Shown here: positions 1 to 6,698 of the stretch, piece after piece
How the letters are laid out: every line of letters begins with the position of its first letter
Numbering within the stretch: the first letter of the stretch is position 1
Virus record (IMG/VR): IMGVR_UViG_3300047308_000065
Span: 1 to 29,516 of that record
Length of the DNA stretch: 29,516 bases
From: a virus
Lineage: Duplodnaviria; Caudoviricetes
Strand: one strand, 5' to 3'
Made by a program: the position numbers and the translations under genes
Notes under the pieces: generated by a model
Databases searched by the model: none
Seen by the model: the letters and a program-made list of their open reading frames with translations, nothing else
Told to the model about the DNA's origin: nothing

Positions 1-45
1 AGGGGCGTTCACCTGTTTGTGGGTATTATCAAAGAGATTCCTTAG
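1..45 (-). other. Candidate cos-like packaging site (half site; partner half at 29502..29516)
   Basis: Minus strand reads GGAATCT-N18-ACAGGTGAACG-CCCCT(end), reminiscent of lambda cosQ GGGTCCT...ACAGGTTACG^. It shows dyad symmetry with CGTCCTGT at the other end of the window, and the phage encodes a GpA-type terminase. Confidence 0.45.
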
Positions 46-376
46 TGCTATTGTGGTCTGTTCTTAGCCTTAAAAGGTAGTCCTCATGCCCCTTTGATAT
101 TATGTAAGCAATAGATCCACGAGGAACGCCGCACACTGTTGCAATGTTATCCAATGTGATCCCTCTCTCTCTAAGAAGGAACGCCTTGTTGCACAGCTCC
201 GGTGTGATCGGGCTGCTGGTCTCTTCCTCCGGCTCTAGGTTGGGGATGGGGTCGCCCTCGTCGTCCATCTGGGTTCCGCGTGGGTAGGACATCCAACCGT
301 GCTTGATGGCGTATCTGACCAGGTGCTTGGCCTCTCGCAGGACTTGGGTCTGACTGATGCTGTATTGTGTTGTCAT
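29..376 (-). CDS. HTH-containing protein, possible late transcription regulator
   Basis: C-terminal LRERGITLDNIATVCGVPRGSIAYIISKG fits a helix-turn-helix. It is the last gene of the replication operon. Confidence 0.6.
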   Translation of the reverse strand: MTTQYSISQTQVLREAKHLVRYAIKHGWMSYPRGTQMDDEGDPIPNLEPEEETSSPITPELCNKAFLLRERGITLDNIATVCGVPRGSIAYIISKGHEDYLLRLRTDHNSTKESL

Positions 377-382
377 TGATGT

Positions 383-1678
383 TTAGAAACTGGGTGATGG
401 ATCGGAGAAACGGCAGTATTGGCCATCGTACCACAGAGGCACCAGGCCGCACTCACCGTCTCTTTGTTTGGCGATAGCGATCACAGCCTCGCCTTGTGGT
501 TGGTTACGCTCCCTGTTGAGCAATAGCACGAGGTCGGCGTCCCTTTCAATCTGCCCTGAGTCGGCCAGGTCAGTGAGCCGAGGCACTCGGCCCTTGTCCT
601 TCTCGTTTTCTCGATTGAGCTGGGCCAAGGCGACCACGGCTGTCTTGGTATCGGAGGCCACGCCTTTGAGTCTGCCAGAGACCTCGGCAATCTCGTAGGT
701 CTTTTTCTCTGCGGCCTTGGATCCATGGATCTTCTGGAGGTAATCTACCAGCACCAGCTTCACGCCCCATTTGCGAACAGCCCGGCGGATCACCGCGGTG
801 ATGGTTGCGATGTTGGACACACCGGATCCGGAAACAAAATGGATCGGGCTGCCTGCGATCTTGGCCGAGGCTGTGGACATTGCCTTCATGCCTCCCTGAT
901 CGAGCTGGCCGGTCTTGATGTCCTGCATCGGTATGCTGCCAATAGCCGAGACCATACGGCGCACGATGGACTCGTCGGACATCTCCAGGCTGATAAACAG
1001 GGTGGGGATTCTCGAGTCGATGGCTGCTGCCTTGGCAATGGCAATGGCAATGGCGGTTTTTCCAATGCTTGGACGGGCTGCAATGATGGCCAGCTCGCCG
1101 TATTGAAAACCATCGGTCATCTGGTCGAGCCGATAGAAGCCCGAGGTGATGCCAGAGAGCTGTCCCTGCCTTGAGAACCTTTCCTGTGTCGAGTCGATGA
1201 ACCGGCTAACAACTGACTTGGACGATTGCACCTCTTCCTTGGATGCCTCAACGCTGAGCCCTGATTCGGCATTAGAGACGATTTGATCGACGGAGAGGGT
1301 GGAGACAGCGGACTCGCGGATCAGGCGGTCCCCGGCGGTTCTGAGCTGGCGTCTGTGGTAGGCCTCCAGGACAGCTTGGGAGAAGGCCGGGTGGTTGGCC
1401 GGGCTGGGACATAGCTCGTCGGCCTTGTTCAATTCCTCAAAAGGTGGGGTGATCTGAGGAATGGAGCGTTTCCACTCTTTGACCACCGTGGCCATGTTGA
1501 CCGGCTCGGTCTTGGCGACCAGGCCTTTGGCGATCTCGTACAGGCAGCGCAACTTGTCGTGCTGGATGGCTGCAGTGGGAATCTTGGCGAACACCTCGTG
1601 GCAGACATCGGAACCACCGGAGAGACAGGCGCCGATCAGGCCGTACTCGTCGTCCTGGGCGAAGTAGGGGTCGTTCAT
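383..1678 (-). CDS. dnaB: Replicative DNA helicase, DnaB family
   Basis: Motifs AARPSIGKT (Walker A), SLEMS, LVDYLQ, LAQLNR, DSGQIERDAD and AKQRDG, plus a DnaB-like N-terminal domain. Confidence 0.97.
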   Translation of the reverse strand: MNDPYFAQDDEYGLIGACLSGGSDVCHEVFAKIPTAAIQHDKLRCLYEIAKGLVAKTEPVNMATVVKEWKRSIPQITPPFEELNKADELCPSPANHPAFSQAVLEAYHRRQLRTAGDRLIRESAVSTLSVDQIVSNAESGLSVEASKEEVQSSKSVVSRFIDSTQERFSRQGQLSGITSGFYRLDQMTDGFQYGELAIIAARPSIGKTAIAIAIAKAAAIDSRIPTLFISLEMSDESIVRRMVSAIGSIPMQDIKTGQLDQGGMKAMSTASAKIAGSPIHFVSGSGVSNIATITAVIRRAVRKWGVKLVLVDYLQKIHGSKAAEKKTYEIAEVSGRLKGVASDTKTAVVALAQLNRENEKDKGRVPRLTDLADSGQIERDADLVLLLNRERNQPQGEAVIAIAKQRDGECGLVPLWYDGQYCRFSDPSPSF

Positions 1679-2427
1679 AGCCAGTCTGCAATGTTTTGGT
1701 TAGAACCTGCCTGTGATTGATTGGAGCCAGAAGCCAATGGGCTCCTAGCCTTGTCGATCTCGCCATTCCAATTGTTCAACAGGGTCATCAGCTCACGACG
1801 AAGGTATTTGTCGTCGGACTGGTAGCGTGCTTCCAAGGCAACCAGGTCTTCCTCTGGAGTGTTAAAGTCGAAGATTTCTTTCAAGGCCTTGATCTCCTTG
1901 GTGCTCCACTGGGTCGTAGGTCGACGCTTGATCAAAGCACCGACTCGTAGGCGGAAGGCTTCGAGCTCAGGGCTTAAAGGCTTCTCCTTCTTTGTATCTT
2001 CTTTAGGAGATGGAGACGGAGACGGAAAGCATGATTCTGGTACCGATTCGGCATATGCCTTGGCATCGTCTGGCATATCCTCTGGCAATGCGTTGGCATC
2101 CTTGTTCCACCTGAGATTCGCAATATCCCTTTGTTTTTCGCTTCTCTCCTTCTGTTTGGTTCGTTCCTTCTCAAGTCGCTTGTTCCGATAGTGGCCGTCC
2201 TCTCCAATCTCGAACTTGCTTTGGCATATGCCTTGGCAATGCGTTGGCATACCAAGGCACATCCTCTGAATATCTAGCTCGGTAACAAAGCCTTTCGACC
2301 ACTGAAGGCATAGCAGTGAAATGTAGGCCCCACGCTCTTCGTTGGTCATGGTCATGGTGCCTGCCAGGAAGTCATCGGCATAGAACTGGAAGGCTGGCGC
2401 CCTTCCTTTGGGTTTAGTCTCTTTCAT
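1675..2427 (-). CDS. Phage replication initiator (DUF1376/YdaU-like N-terminus; lambda O analogue)
   Basis: N-terminal PAFQFYADDFLAGTMTMTNEERGAYISLLCLQW, an SPSPSP linker, internal iteron-like repeats, and a 4-bp overlap with dnaB. Confidence 0.85.
   Translation of the reverse strand: MKETKPKGRAPAFQFYADDFLAGTMTMTNEERGAYISLLCLQWSKGFVTELDIQRMCLGMPTHCQGICQSKFEIGEDGHYRNKRLEKERTKQKERSEKQRDIANLRWNKDANALPEDMPDDAKAYAESVPESCFPSPSPSPKEDTKKEKPLSPELEAFRLRVGALIKRRPTTQWSTKEIKALKEIFDFNTPEEDLVALEARYQSDDKYLRRELMTLLNNWNGEIDKARSPLASGSNQSQAGSNQNIADWL
2050..2260. repeat. Iteron-like repeats, putative replication origin inside the initiator gene
   Basis: GGCA cores at 2050, 2062, 2072, 2084, 2095 and 2223, 2235, 2246, 2256 (10-12 bp spacing). 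GGCATATGCCTTGGCA and TGGCAATGCGTTGGCAT each occur twice. Confidence 0.7.
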
Positions 2428-2435
2428 GTATCAAA

Positions 2436-2575
2436 CGGAAAACCCCACCCAGTCCGAGGTGAGAACTCGCGCAGAACCAACGCGACGTAACACGGAAAGG
2501 GTGGGGAAAATTGGGTTGAACATGGGTTCTAGTTGTAGTGTCGGCGCTCACTTCTCACGGCTCACGTCGACAGGC
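2436..2575 (-). ncRNA. Structured leader resembling a C4/CI-type antisense RNA or attenuator
   Basis: 8-bp outer stem (2443-2450/2499-2506) with nested stems. Loop sequences GGUUCU and UUCUCAC are complementary to upstream AGAACC (2525-2530) and GUGAGAA (2552-2558). A U-rich tract follows the stem. Confidence 0.6.
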
Positions 2576-2578
2576 CGC

Positions 2579-2607
2579 TCCCTAGCTGACAGCCGGGGCG
2601 GTGTCCA
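2579..2607 (-). promoter_or_regulatory. Putative sigma70-type promoter embedded in a GC-rich hairpin
   Basis: TGGACA-17 bp-TAGGGA immediately upstream of the structured leader. The -10 match is weak. Confidence 0.35.
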
Positions 2608-2611
2608 GCCC

Positions 2612-3271
2612 TCAATAGGCCGGTATCAGGATATCTGCCACCTGCTGGGTGAGCTGCACGTCGCGCAGGCAATAGTCAAGTGCCGCTTGACGGTTGGTAT
2701 TCCACAGCAGGCTGAACTCGGCGCCGGTGCCTGTCTTGTCCCCGAGGCCTAGGTGCCGGCAGATTGATCCGAGGCTGCCATGGGCTCTGGAGTCACCAAG
2801 CTGCCACACCTCCCGCAGGTCGACCACCAGGTCGTTCCAGTAGCGTCCCTGGCGCAACCAGTACGGCGGGGCAATGCGGTGCTTCCAGGAACGTTTGATC
2901 AGGAACGGCAGGTCGAAGGCCTTGATGTTAAATCCGACTAATTTTGGCTGCCGTTCGTAGTAGTTCAGAAGCGTCCACCATTCCCGGAGCAAGGCGGCCT
3001 CGTTGTCGTCGTTCTTGATCACTCCAGCGTGCTGGTGCTCGAAACGGTATCCGATGCACAGGATCTGGCCTGAGAGGGCATCCAGGGCAGCGTTTCGGAT
3101 GTAGTCCGCGGTGTGGCTCTCCTCGGCCTTCTGTAGCTTCTCGGCGATCAAGTCCGGATTCTTGATGTTGCCCAGCTTCACGTCGGCCGCGTTGAATGGT
3201 GGGATTTTGAGTTCTGAGAGCGGTAAAGGCCCGGTTTCAATGTCGAAGATGATGGTCGGATTGGCTGGCAT
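2612..3271 (-). CDS. Stand-alone DEDD 3'-5' exonuclease (PolB-exonuclease-like)
   Basis: ExoI FDIET, ExoII GFNIKAFDLPF and ExoIII YCLRDV motifs. Confidence 0.88.
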   Translation of the reverse strand: MPANPTIIFDIETGPLPLSELKIPPFNAADVKLGNIKNPDLIAEKLQKAEESHTADYIRNAALDALSGQILCIGYRFEHQHAGVIKNDDNEAALLREWWTLLNYYERQPKLVGFNIKAFDLPFLIKRSWKHRIAPPYWLRQGRYWNDLVVDLREVWQLGDSRAHGSLGSICRHLGLGDKTGTGAEFSLLWNTNRQAALDYCLRDVQLTQQVADILIPAY

Positions 3272-3289
3272 AGTTCTATTGGTTGAGAT

Positions 3290-3323
3290 TGTTGCGCGTT
3301 TGTCCCGATGCGCGCCCCCGGTT
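3290..3323 (-). promoter_or_regulatory. Repeated intergenic hairpin motif, copy 1
   Basis: AACCGGGGGCGCG-catcgggaca-AACGCGCAACA. Flanks and stem are near-identical to 9130..9160. Confidence 0.6.
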
Positions 3324-3362
3324 ACCCACGAGTCCCAGCAGCAACAGGCTTCCGGAAAGTTA

Positions 3363-3758
3363 TCAGATCTGTATGCCGCAATGAGGGCAGACGGTCTTGG
3401 TCAATGGCTGTCTTACGGTGGGCACGCCCAGCCATTCGCAGATCTCGCGGTACGATACCCACCCGAACCCACGCACCGACCTGGGCTGTAGGTGTCCAAG
3501 GTTGTAGAGGTCCAGAGCCTCCTGCCGGCTCTTGATGGCCAGGCTTTCAAGGATGTTGAACGTCCTGGTCGAAAACGGAAAGCCCCACACCCGGAGGATC
3601 TCCTCGTGCTTCTGTGCTGCCTGCTCGATCTGGTTGATCCGCTGGCGGCTCAAGTTGAACCGTTTGCCGATCTCCTCGAGGGTGTAGCCTTCGGATCTGA
3701 GCTGCACCACCTCGGGCACCATGTGGGTCAGCTTCATTGTGGGTTTGCGGGTCTTCAT
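3363..3758 (-). CDS. Sigma70 region-4 HTH fused to an RNA polymerase alpha-CTD-like domain, with a C-terminal CxxC
   Basis: YTLEEIGKRFNLSRQRINQIEQAA resembles sigma 4.2. FSTRTFNILESLAI...RGFGWVSYREICEWL resembles the alpha-CTD pattern. The protein ends in CPHCG. Confidence 0.7.
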   Translation of the reverse strand: MKTRKPTMKLTHMVPEVVQLRSEGYTLEEIGKRFNLSRQRINQIEQAAQKHEEILRVWGFPFSTRTFNILESLAIKSRQEALDLYNLGHLQPRSVRGFGWVSYREICEWLGVPTVRQPLTKTVCPHCGIQI

Positions 3759-3761
3759 GGC

Positions 3762-4502
3762 TTAGAAGGGCACGTCGTCAAAGTCGGGCTCGTCGGCCTT
3801 GGCCAGCTCCTCGAGGCGCTTGGTCACCGCAGCGATCAGAGCGATGTCATCCGGGCTCTTGCCGGGGCTCACCTTAGCCTTAGGCAGCCAATGCTCAGCC
3901 AGGCCTCGAATGGCGTCGGGTGTCAGCTCGGAGACAGGCACGCCCTTGAACTTACCGACGTGCACCTTGACGTCGGCGATCTTGACCGGAGCCGCGGTAG
4001 CCGGCACCACGGTCTTCACCTTGTCGTCCTCGCGCGGCGGCCTGTCCTCCAGGCGTACCCACAGGCCGGAGGGCTGGAGGGGCTCGCCGCTCTTGTGAGG
4101 CATGATCAACTTGATGTTGCTAAACGTCTTGGTGCCGTCCCTCGATTGCTCGTGAACGATCACCACGGTGGCTGGTCGGCCGATCAGGCCATCCAGGTTG
4201 AGACTGACGGTCTCCTCGGCTGTAAGGGCTCGTCCGTGCCAATCCTTGAGGAACTTGGTCAAGCCAGCTTTCTCATGCAGGCTGGCGGTCATCGGCGCCG
4301 TCATGACTACCCAGGGCTGCACCGGGTTGCGTGACTGGTCGATCAGATCCAGCTCGAAGGCGATCTTGAACTTCTGCTTGATGCCATACTCGGTCTCGTA
4401 GGCCTTCAGCGGTGTGATGTCGACACAGACCGCGCGGCCTGTGTACTCGGGGCACGGGACAAAATTGCCGGTGCCTTTACTGCTCGATACTGTGATTCCC
4501 AT
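3762..4502 (-). CDS. Single-stranded DNA-binding-like protein
   Basis: Beta-rich N-terminal domain (LNLDGLIGRPATVVIVHE), a VHVGKFKGVPVSEL module, and an acidic-aromatic tail DEPDFDDVPF typical of SSBs. Confidence 0.65.
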   Translation of the reverse strand: MGITVSSSKGTGNFVPCPEYTGRAVCVDITPLKAYETEYGIKQKFKIAFELDLIDQSRNPVQPWVVMTAPMTASLHEKAGLTKFLKDWHGRALTAEETVSLNLDGLIGRPATVVIVHEQSRDGTKTFSNIKLIMPHKSGEPLQPSGLWVRLEDRPPREDDKVKTVVPATAAPVKIADVKVHVGKFKGVPVSELTPDAIRGLAEHWLPKAKVSPGKSPDDIALIAAVTKRLEELAKADEPDFDDVPF

Positions 4503-4529
4503 CTGTTTGCTTTGTTGTGTTGTTGTTGT

Positions 4530-4721
4530 TTATCTGGAGGCCTGTTTTTCGACCTCCGAAAGTTGTTTTGCCATTCGGTCGTACTGCGCCCAGTAGTCGG
4601 GCCAGGTGCTCTTAATCTTTGCCAAGTTGTCCTGGTCGGCCACAAGTGCCGCGGCGCCCAGCTTGCGAACGAACGAGCCGCCGTACTCGATCATGGTGAA
4701 CGCTACGTCGAAGTCCTTCAC
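4530..4721 (-). CDS. Hypothetical protein, 63 aa (start re-called to GTG 4721)
   Basis: GTGA overlap with the upstream gene. Sequence includes YGGSFVRKLGAAALVADQDNLAKIKSTWPDYW. Confidence 0.7.
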   Translation of the reverse strand: MKDFDVAFTMIEYGGSFVRKLGAAALVADQDNLAKIKSTWPDYWAQYDRMAKQLSEVEKQASR

Positions 4722-4867
4722 TTGGATCCTTTCCCCCGCTTGCGTGTGAAGAAGGACATCGAGCCGATCTTTATCTTCCGGGCAGCCCGATAGGCCTCCC
4801 CGGCGTCCTTCTTGGTCAGTCGATAGATTCCTGTCCCGTCCTGTTGCATCTGTTGAGCTGATTTCAT
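4718..4867 (-). CDS. Small basic hypothetical protein, 49 aa (not in ORF track)
   Basis: MKSAQQMQQDGTGIYRLTKKDAGEAYRAARKIKIGSMSFFTRKRGKGSK, with 4-bp overlaps on both sides. Confidence 0.65.
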   Translation of the reverse strand: MKSAQQMQQDGTGIYRLTKKDAGEAYRAARKIKIGSMSFFTRKRGKGSK

Positions 4868-5079
4868 GTGTTTGGTTCAACGGATATGTAGTAACCGGAT
4901 TCGTACAATGGGCTTCCAAAGTCACAGTGGGCGACTCGATGGTTGGCATCTGAATCTGCTGCGTTTGTTTCCCATCCATGGTTGTGGTGCCGTTTACAAT
5001 ATGGGCACCAAACTTTGATTGTGTTTCCTGTTCGTTTTCCAACTAACAGTGGCGAAGCCTTTTTGTTCCAGCGTTTCAT
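4864..5079 (-). CDS. Small Cys/His-rich putative zinc-binding protein, 71 aa
   Basis: WCPYCKRHHNHG...HRVAHC. ATGA overlaps on both sides. Confidence 0.7.
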   Translation of the reverse strand: MKRWNKKASPLLVGKRTGNTIKVWCPYCKRHHNHGWETNAADSDANHRVAHCDFGSPLYESGYYISVEPNT

Positions 5080-5267
5080 TGCAGTATGAAATCGAAGTTG
5101 TTCTGCCAGGTGTGGCACAGCCTGTTGTAGGTATCGCCCTTGATGCGCCATGTGCGCGGGTCCCGGGTTGAGCCTGTGTGTCGGCATCGGATCCGCACGT
5201 CGATGTGCTGGATGGCTGTGTTGCGCAGCGGGTGGTCGCTGGGGAGTTCGTGGAGTTTGGTGATCAT
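5076..5267 (-). CDS. Hypothetical protein, 63 aa
   Basis: ORF with ATGA overlaps on both sides. Confidence 0.7.
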   Translation of the reverse strand: MITKLHELPSDHPLRNTAIQHIDVRIRCRHTGSTRDPRTWRIKGDTYNRLCHTWQNNFDFILQ

Positions 5268-5437
5268 GGCTTCAACGCCTCTGCAGCGATCTGTGATTCC
5301 TCTGATCGGTTGCCTCGGTAGTCGGCGTTCGCGATACGTCGGAGTGCTGCCTCCAGATGCTTGATCCTTGCCCTGGCTTCTTCCAGCTCCTTGTAGGTCT
5401 TCACGGCGTCGATGGTTCTCATTTCTTCGATGGTCAT
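5264..5437 (-). CDS. Small coiled-coil protein, 57 aa (not in ORF track)
   Basis: MTIEEMRTIDAVKTYKELEEARARIKHLEAALRRIANADYRGNRSEESQIAAEALKP, with overlaps on both sides. Confidence 0.72.
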   Translation of the reverse strand: MTIEEMRTIDAVKTYKELEEARARIKHLEAALRRIANADYRGNRSEESQIAAEALKP

Positions 5438-5661
5438 GGTTTCTCGCTTAGTTCTTTGATGATTTTGGTCCGCTCACGTCCTTTGGCCCGCACGATACGG
5501 TTCAGCACGATGGTGGGGTCAATGGTTGAGATGTGGATCCAATCGTTTGCACCCCTACTTCGATTGATTTCACGCGCTTCATTCATGCTGGCCACCAGCA
5601 ACTCGTTGGTGAAGTAGTGCCGGTAAACGAACGCGACTGACAGGTCTGGTGGGATGCTCAT
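5434..5661 (-). CDS. Hypothetical protein, 75 aa
   Basis: Start re-called to ATG 5661 (ATGA overlap, GAGGAG upstream). Confidence 0.7.
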   Translation of the reverse strand: MSIPPDLSVAFVYRHYFTNELLVASMNEAREINRSRGANDWIHISTIDPTIVLNRIVRAKGRERTKIIKELSEKP

Positions 5662-5885
5662 TGTTTGTTTCTCTCCTCCTCCACCCAGTCTTTCCACAGC
5701 AGAAGATCCGCTCGCATGGCGTCGTTCTCCTCCTCCAGCTTGTTGATTCTGTCGGCCATTCGATTTAGTTCTCGGACAATAAACTGCGGGTAGATATCCT
5801 TCAGCTTTCGGTCATCAGGAGTGTGGATTAGGAATCCGTGAACTGGACCTAAGTTCCGCAGCTTCGTGTATTTGTAGCGGCTCAT
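5658..5885 (-). CDS. Hypothetical protein with C-terminal coiled coil
   Basis: RELNRMADRINKLEEEND. Coupled on both sides. Confidence 0.72.
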   Translation of the reverse strand: MSRYKYTKLRNLGPVHGFLIHTPDDRKLKDIYPQFIVRELNRMADRINKLEEENDAMRADLLLWKDWVEEERNKQ

Positions 5886-6106
5886 TTCTTCCCCCTCTCC
5901 TCCTCCAGAATCTGAAGCATTTGACTCGCAACATGACCGTCTGAGCCGTCTCGGAAGAAGGCCATTGATGCTCGGTGGATGCGGTCCTCCAACTGCTTGA
6001 TCCGATCCTCCATCTTACGGACTTCGAAAGCGATGGCGCGGAGTTCGCGTGACTGGTGGCAACCGGGAGCCTCCGATAGGAAAAGGATTCGTTGCTCAAC
6101 ACTCAC
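5882..6106 (-). CDS. Hypothetical coiled-coil protein
   Basis: RKMEDRIKQLEDRI. GTG start with AAGGAGG Shine-Dalgarno. Confidence 0.72.
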   Translation of the reverse strand: MSVEQRILFLSEAPGCHQSRELRAIAFEVRKMEDRIKQLEDRIHRASMAFFRDGSDGHVASQMLQILEEERGKK

Positions 6107-6390
6107 AGCTTGGCCTCCTTTGCTTTCTTAATGATATTTATCACCTGTCTTGCTGGACCGGCAATTTGCATAAATCTATGGTTTGAAGCAGGTTGTTTCA
6201 TTGCTGATTCGATTTCAGTCAACGCATCCTCCAGCCGCTTGATGCGCTCTTGTTGCTTTAGGATTTCGGTGGACACAGCAGCGTCAACCAGAGCTTTGAG
6301 CATGGACCTTGGTACCAGCGTAAACTCGTTTCGTGACACAGCACCAAAGCTGTTGGCTTCACATAAACGGTCGAATTTTTGATCAGTCAC
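6103..6390 (-). CDS. Hypothetical coiled-coil protein, 95 aa, ending KAKEAKL
   Basis: GTG start at 6390 with AAGGAGG SD. Contains ERIKRLEDAL and is flanked by a 24-bp direct repeat. Confidence 0.72.
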   Translation of the reverse strand: MTDQKFDRLCEANSFGAVSRNEFTLVPRSMLKALVDAAVSTEILKQQERIKRLEDALTEIESAMKQPASNHRFMQIAGPARQVINIIKKAKEAKL

Positions 6391-6410
6391 AGCTTGGCCT
6401 CCTTGGCTTT
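6103..6410. repeat. 24-bp direct repeat at consecutive gene junctions (6103-6126 and 6387-6410)
   Basis: TCACAGCTTGGCCTCCTT(T/G)GCTTT, one mismatch. Confidence 0.9.
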
Positions 6411-6698
6411 GGTCCACACTGCCAGACGGTCTGGCAGATATGAGTTAAGAATCGCTTTGTCCCCCGCCTCCTCCAGTCGCTTGATATGGTTCTCTAACTT
6501 GGCCTTCTCAGTCGCAACCCAGACGACATCTTTGCGCTTCTCCTCAAGCTCGACATTGGCTGCGTTGAGTTCGCGTTCCATCCCTCGCGCAAACTCCGAT
6601 GGAACAGAAGCGTTTCGGAGTGAATCGCCAGCCAGCACTTCAAAGCGAGTGCATGGCTTGCCGTTGATCTGCTCATCCGTTCTTGGTGTATCGCTCAT
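6387..6698 (-). CDS. Hypothetical coiled-coil protein, 103 aa (MSDTPRTD start)
   Basis: FARGMERELNAA...HIKRLEEAGD...WTKAKEAKL. ATGA overlap. Confidence 0.75.
   Translation of the reverse strand: MSDTPRTDEQINGKPCTRFEVLAGDSLRNASVPSEFARGMERELNAANVELEEKRKDVVWVATEKAKLENHIKRLEEAGDKAILNSYLPDRLAVWTKAKEAKL

Noticed and set aside
1033-1054. (TGGCAA)n short tandem repeat in dnaB resembling the iteron core
   Set aside because: It encodes AIAIAIA in the helix after Walker A, and its 6-bp period does not match iteron spacing.
2436-2575. tRNA or tRNA-like gene
   Set aside because: No T-loop GTTCRA, D-loop or acceptor-stem geometry. An antisense or attenuator layout fits better.
5264-6485. CRISPR-like array suggested by recurring short repeats
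   Set aside because: The repeats are degenerate, irregularly spaced by hundreds of bases, and lie in coding frames.
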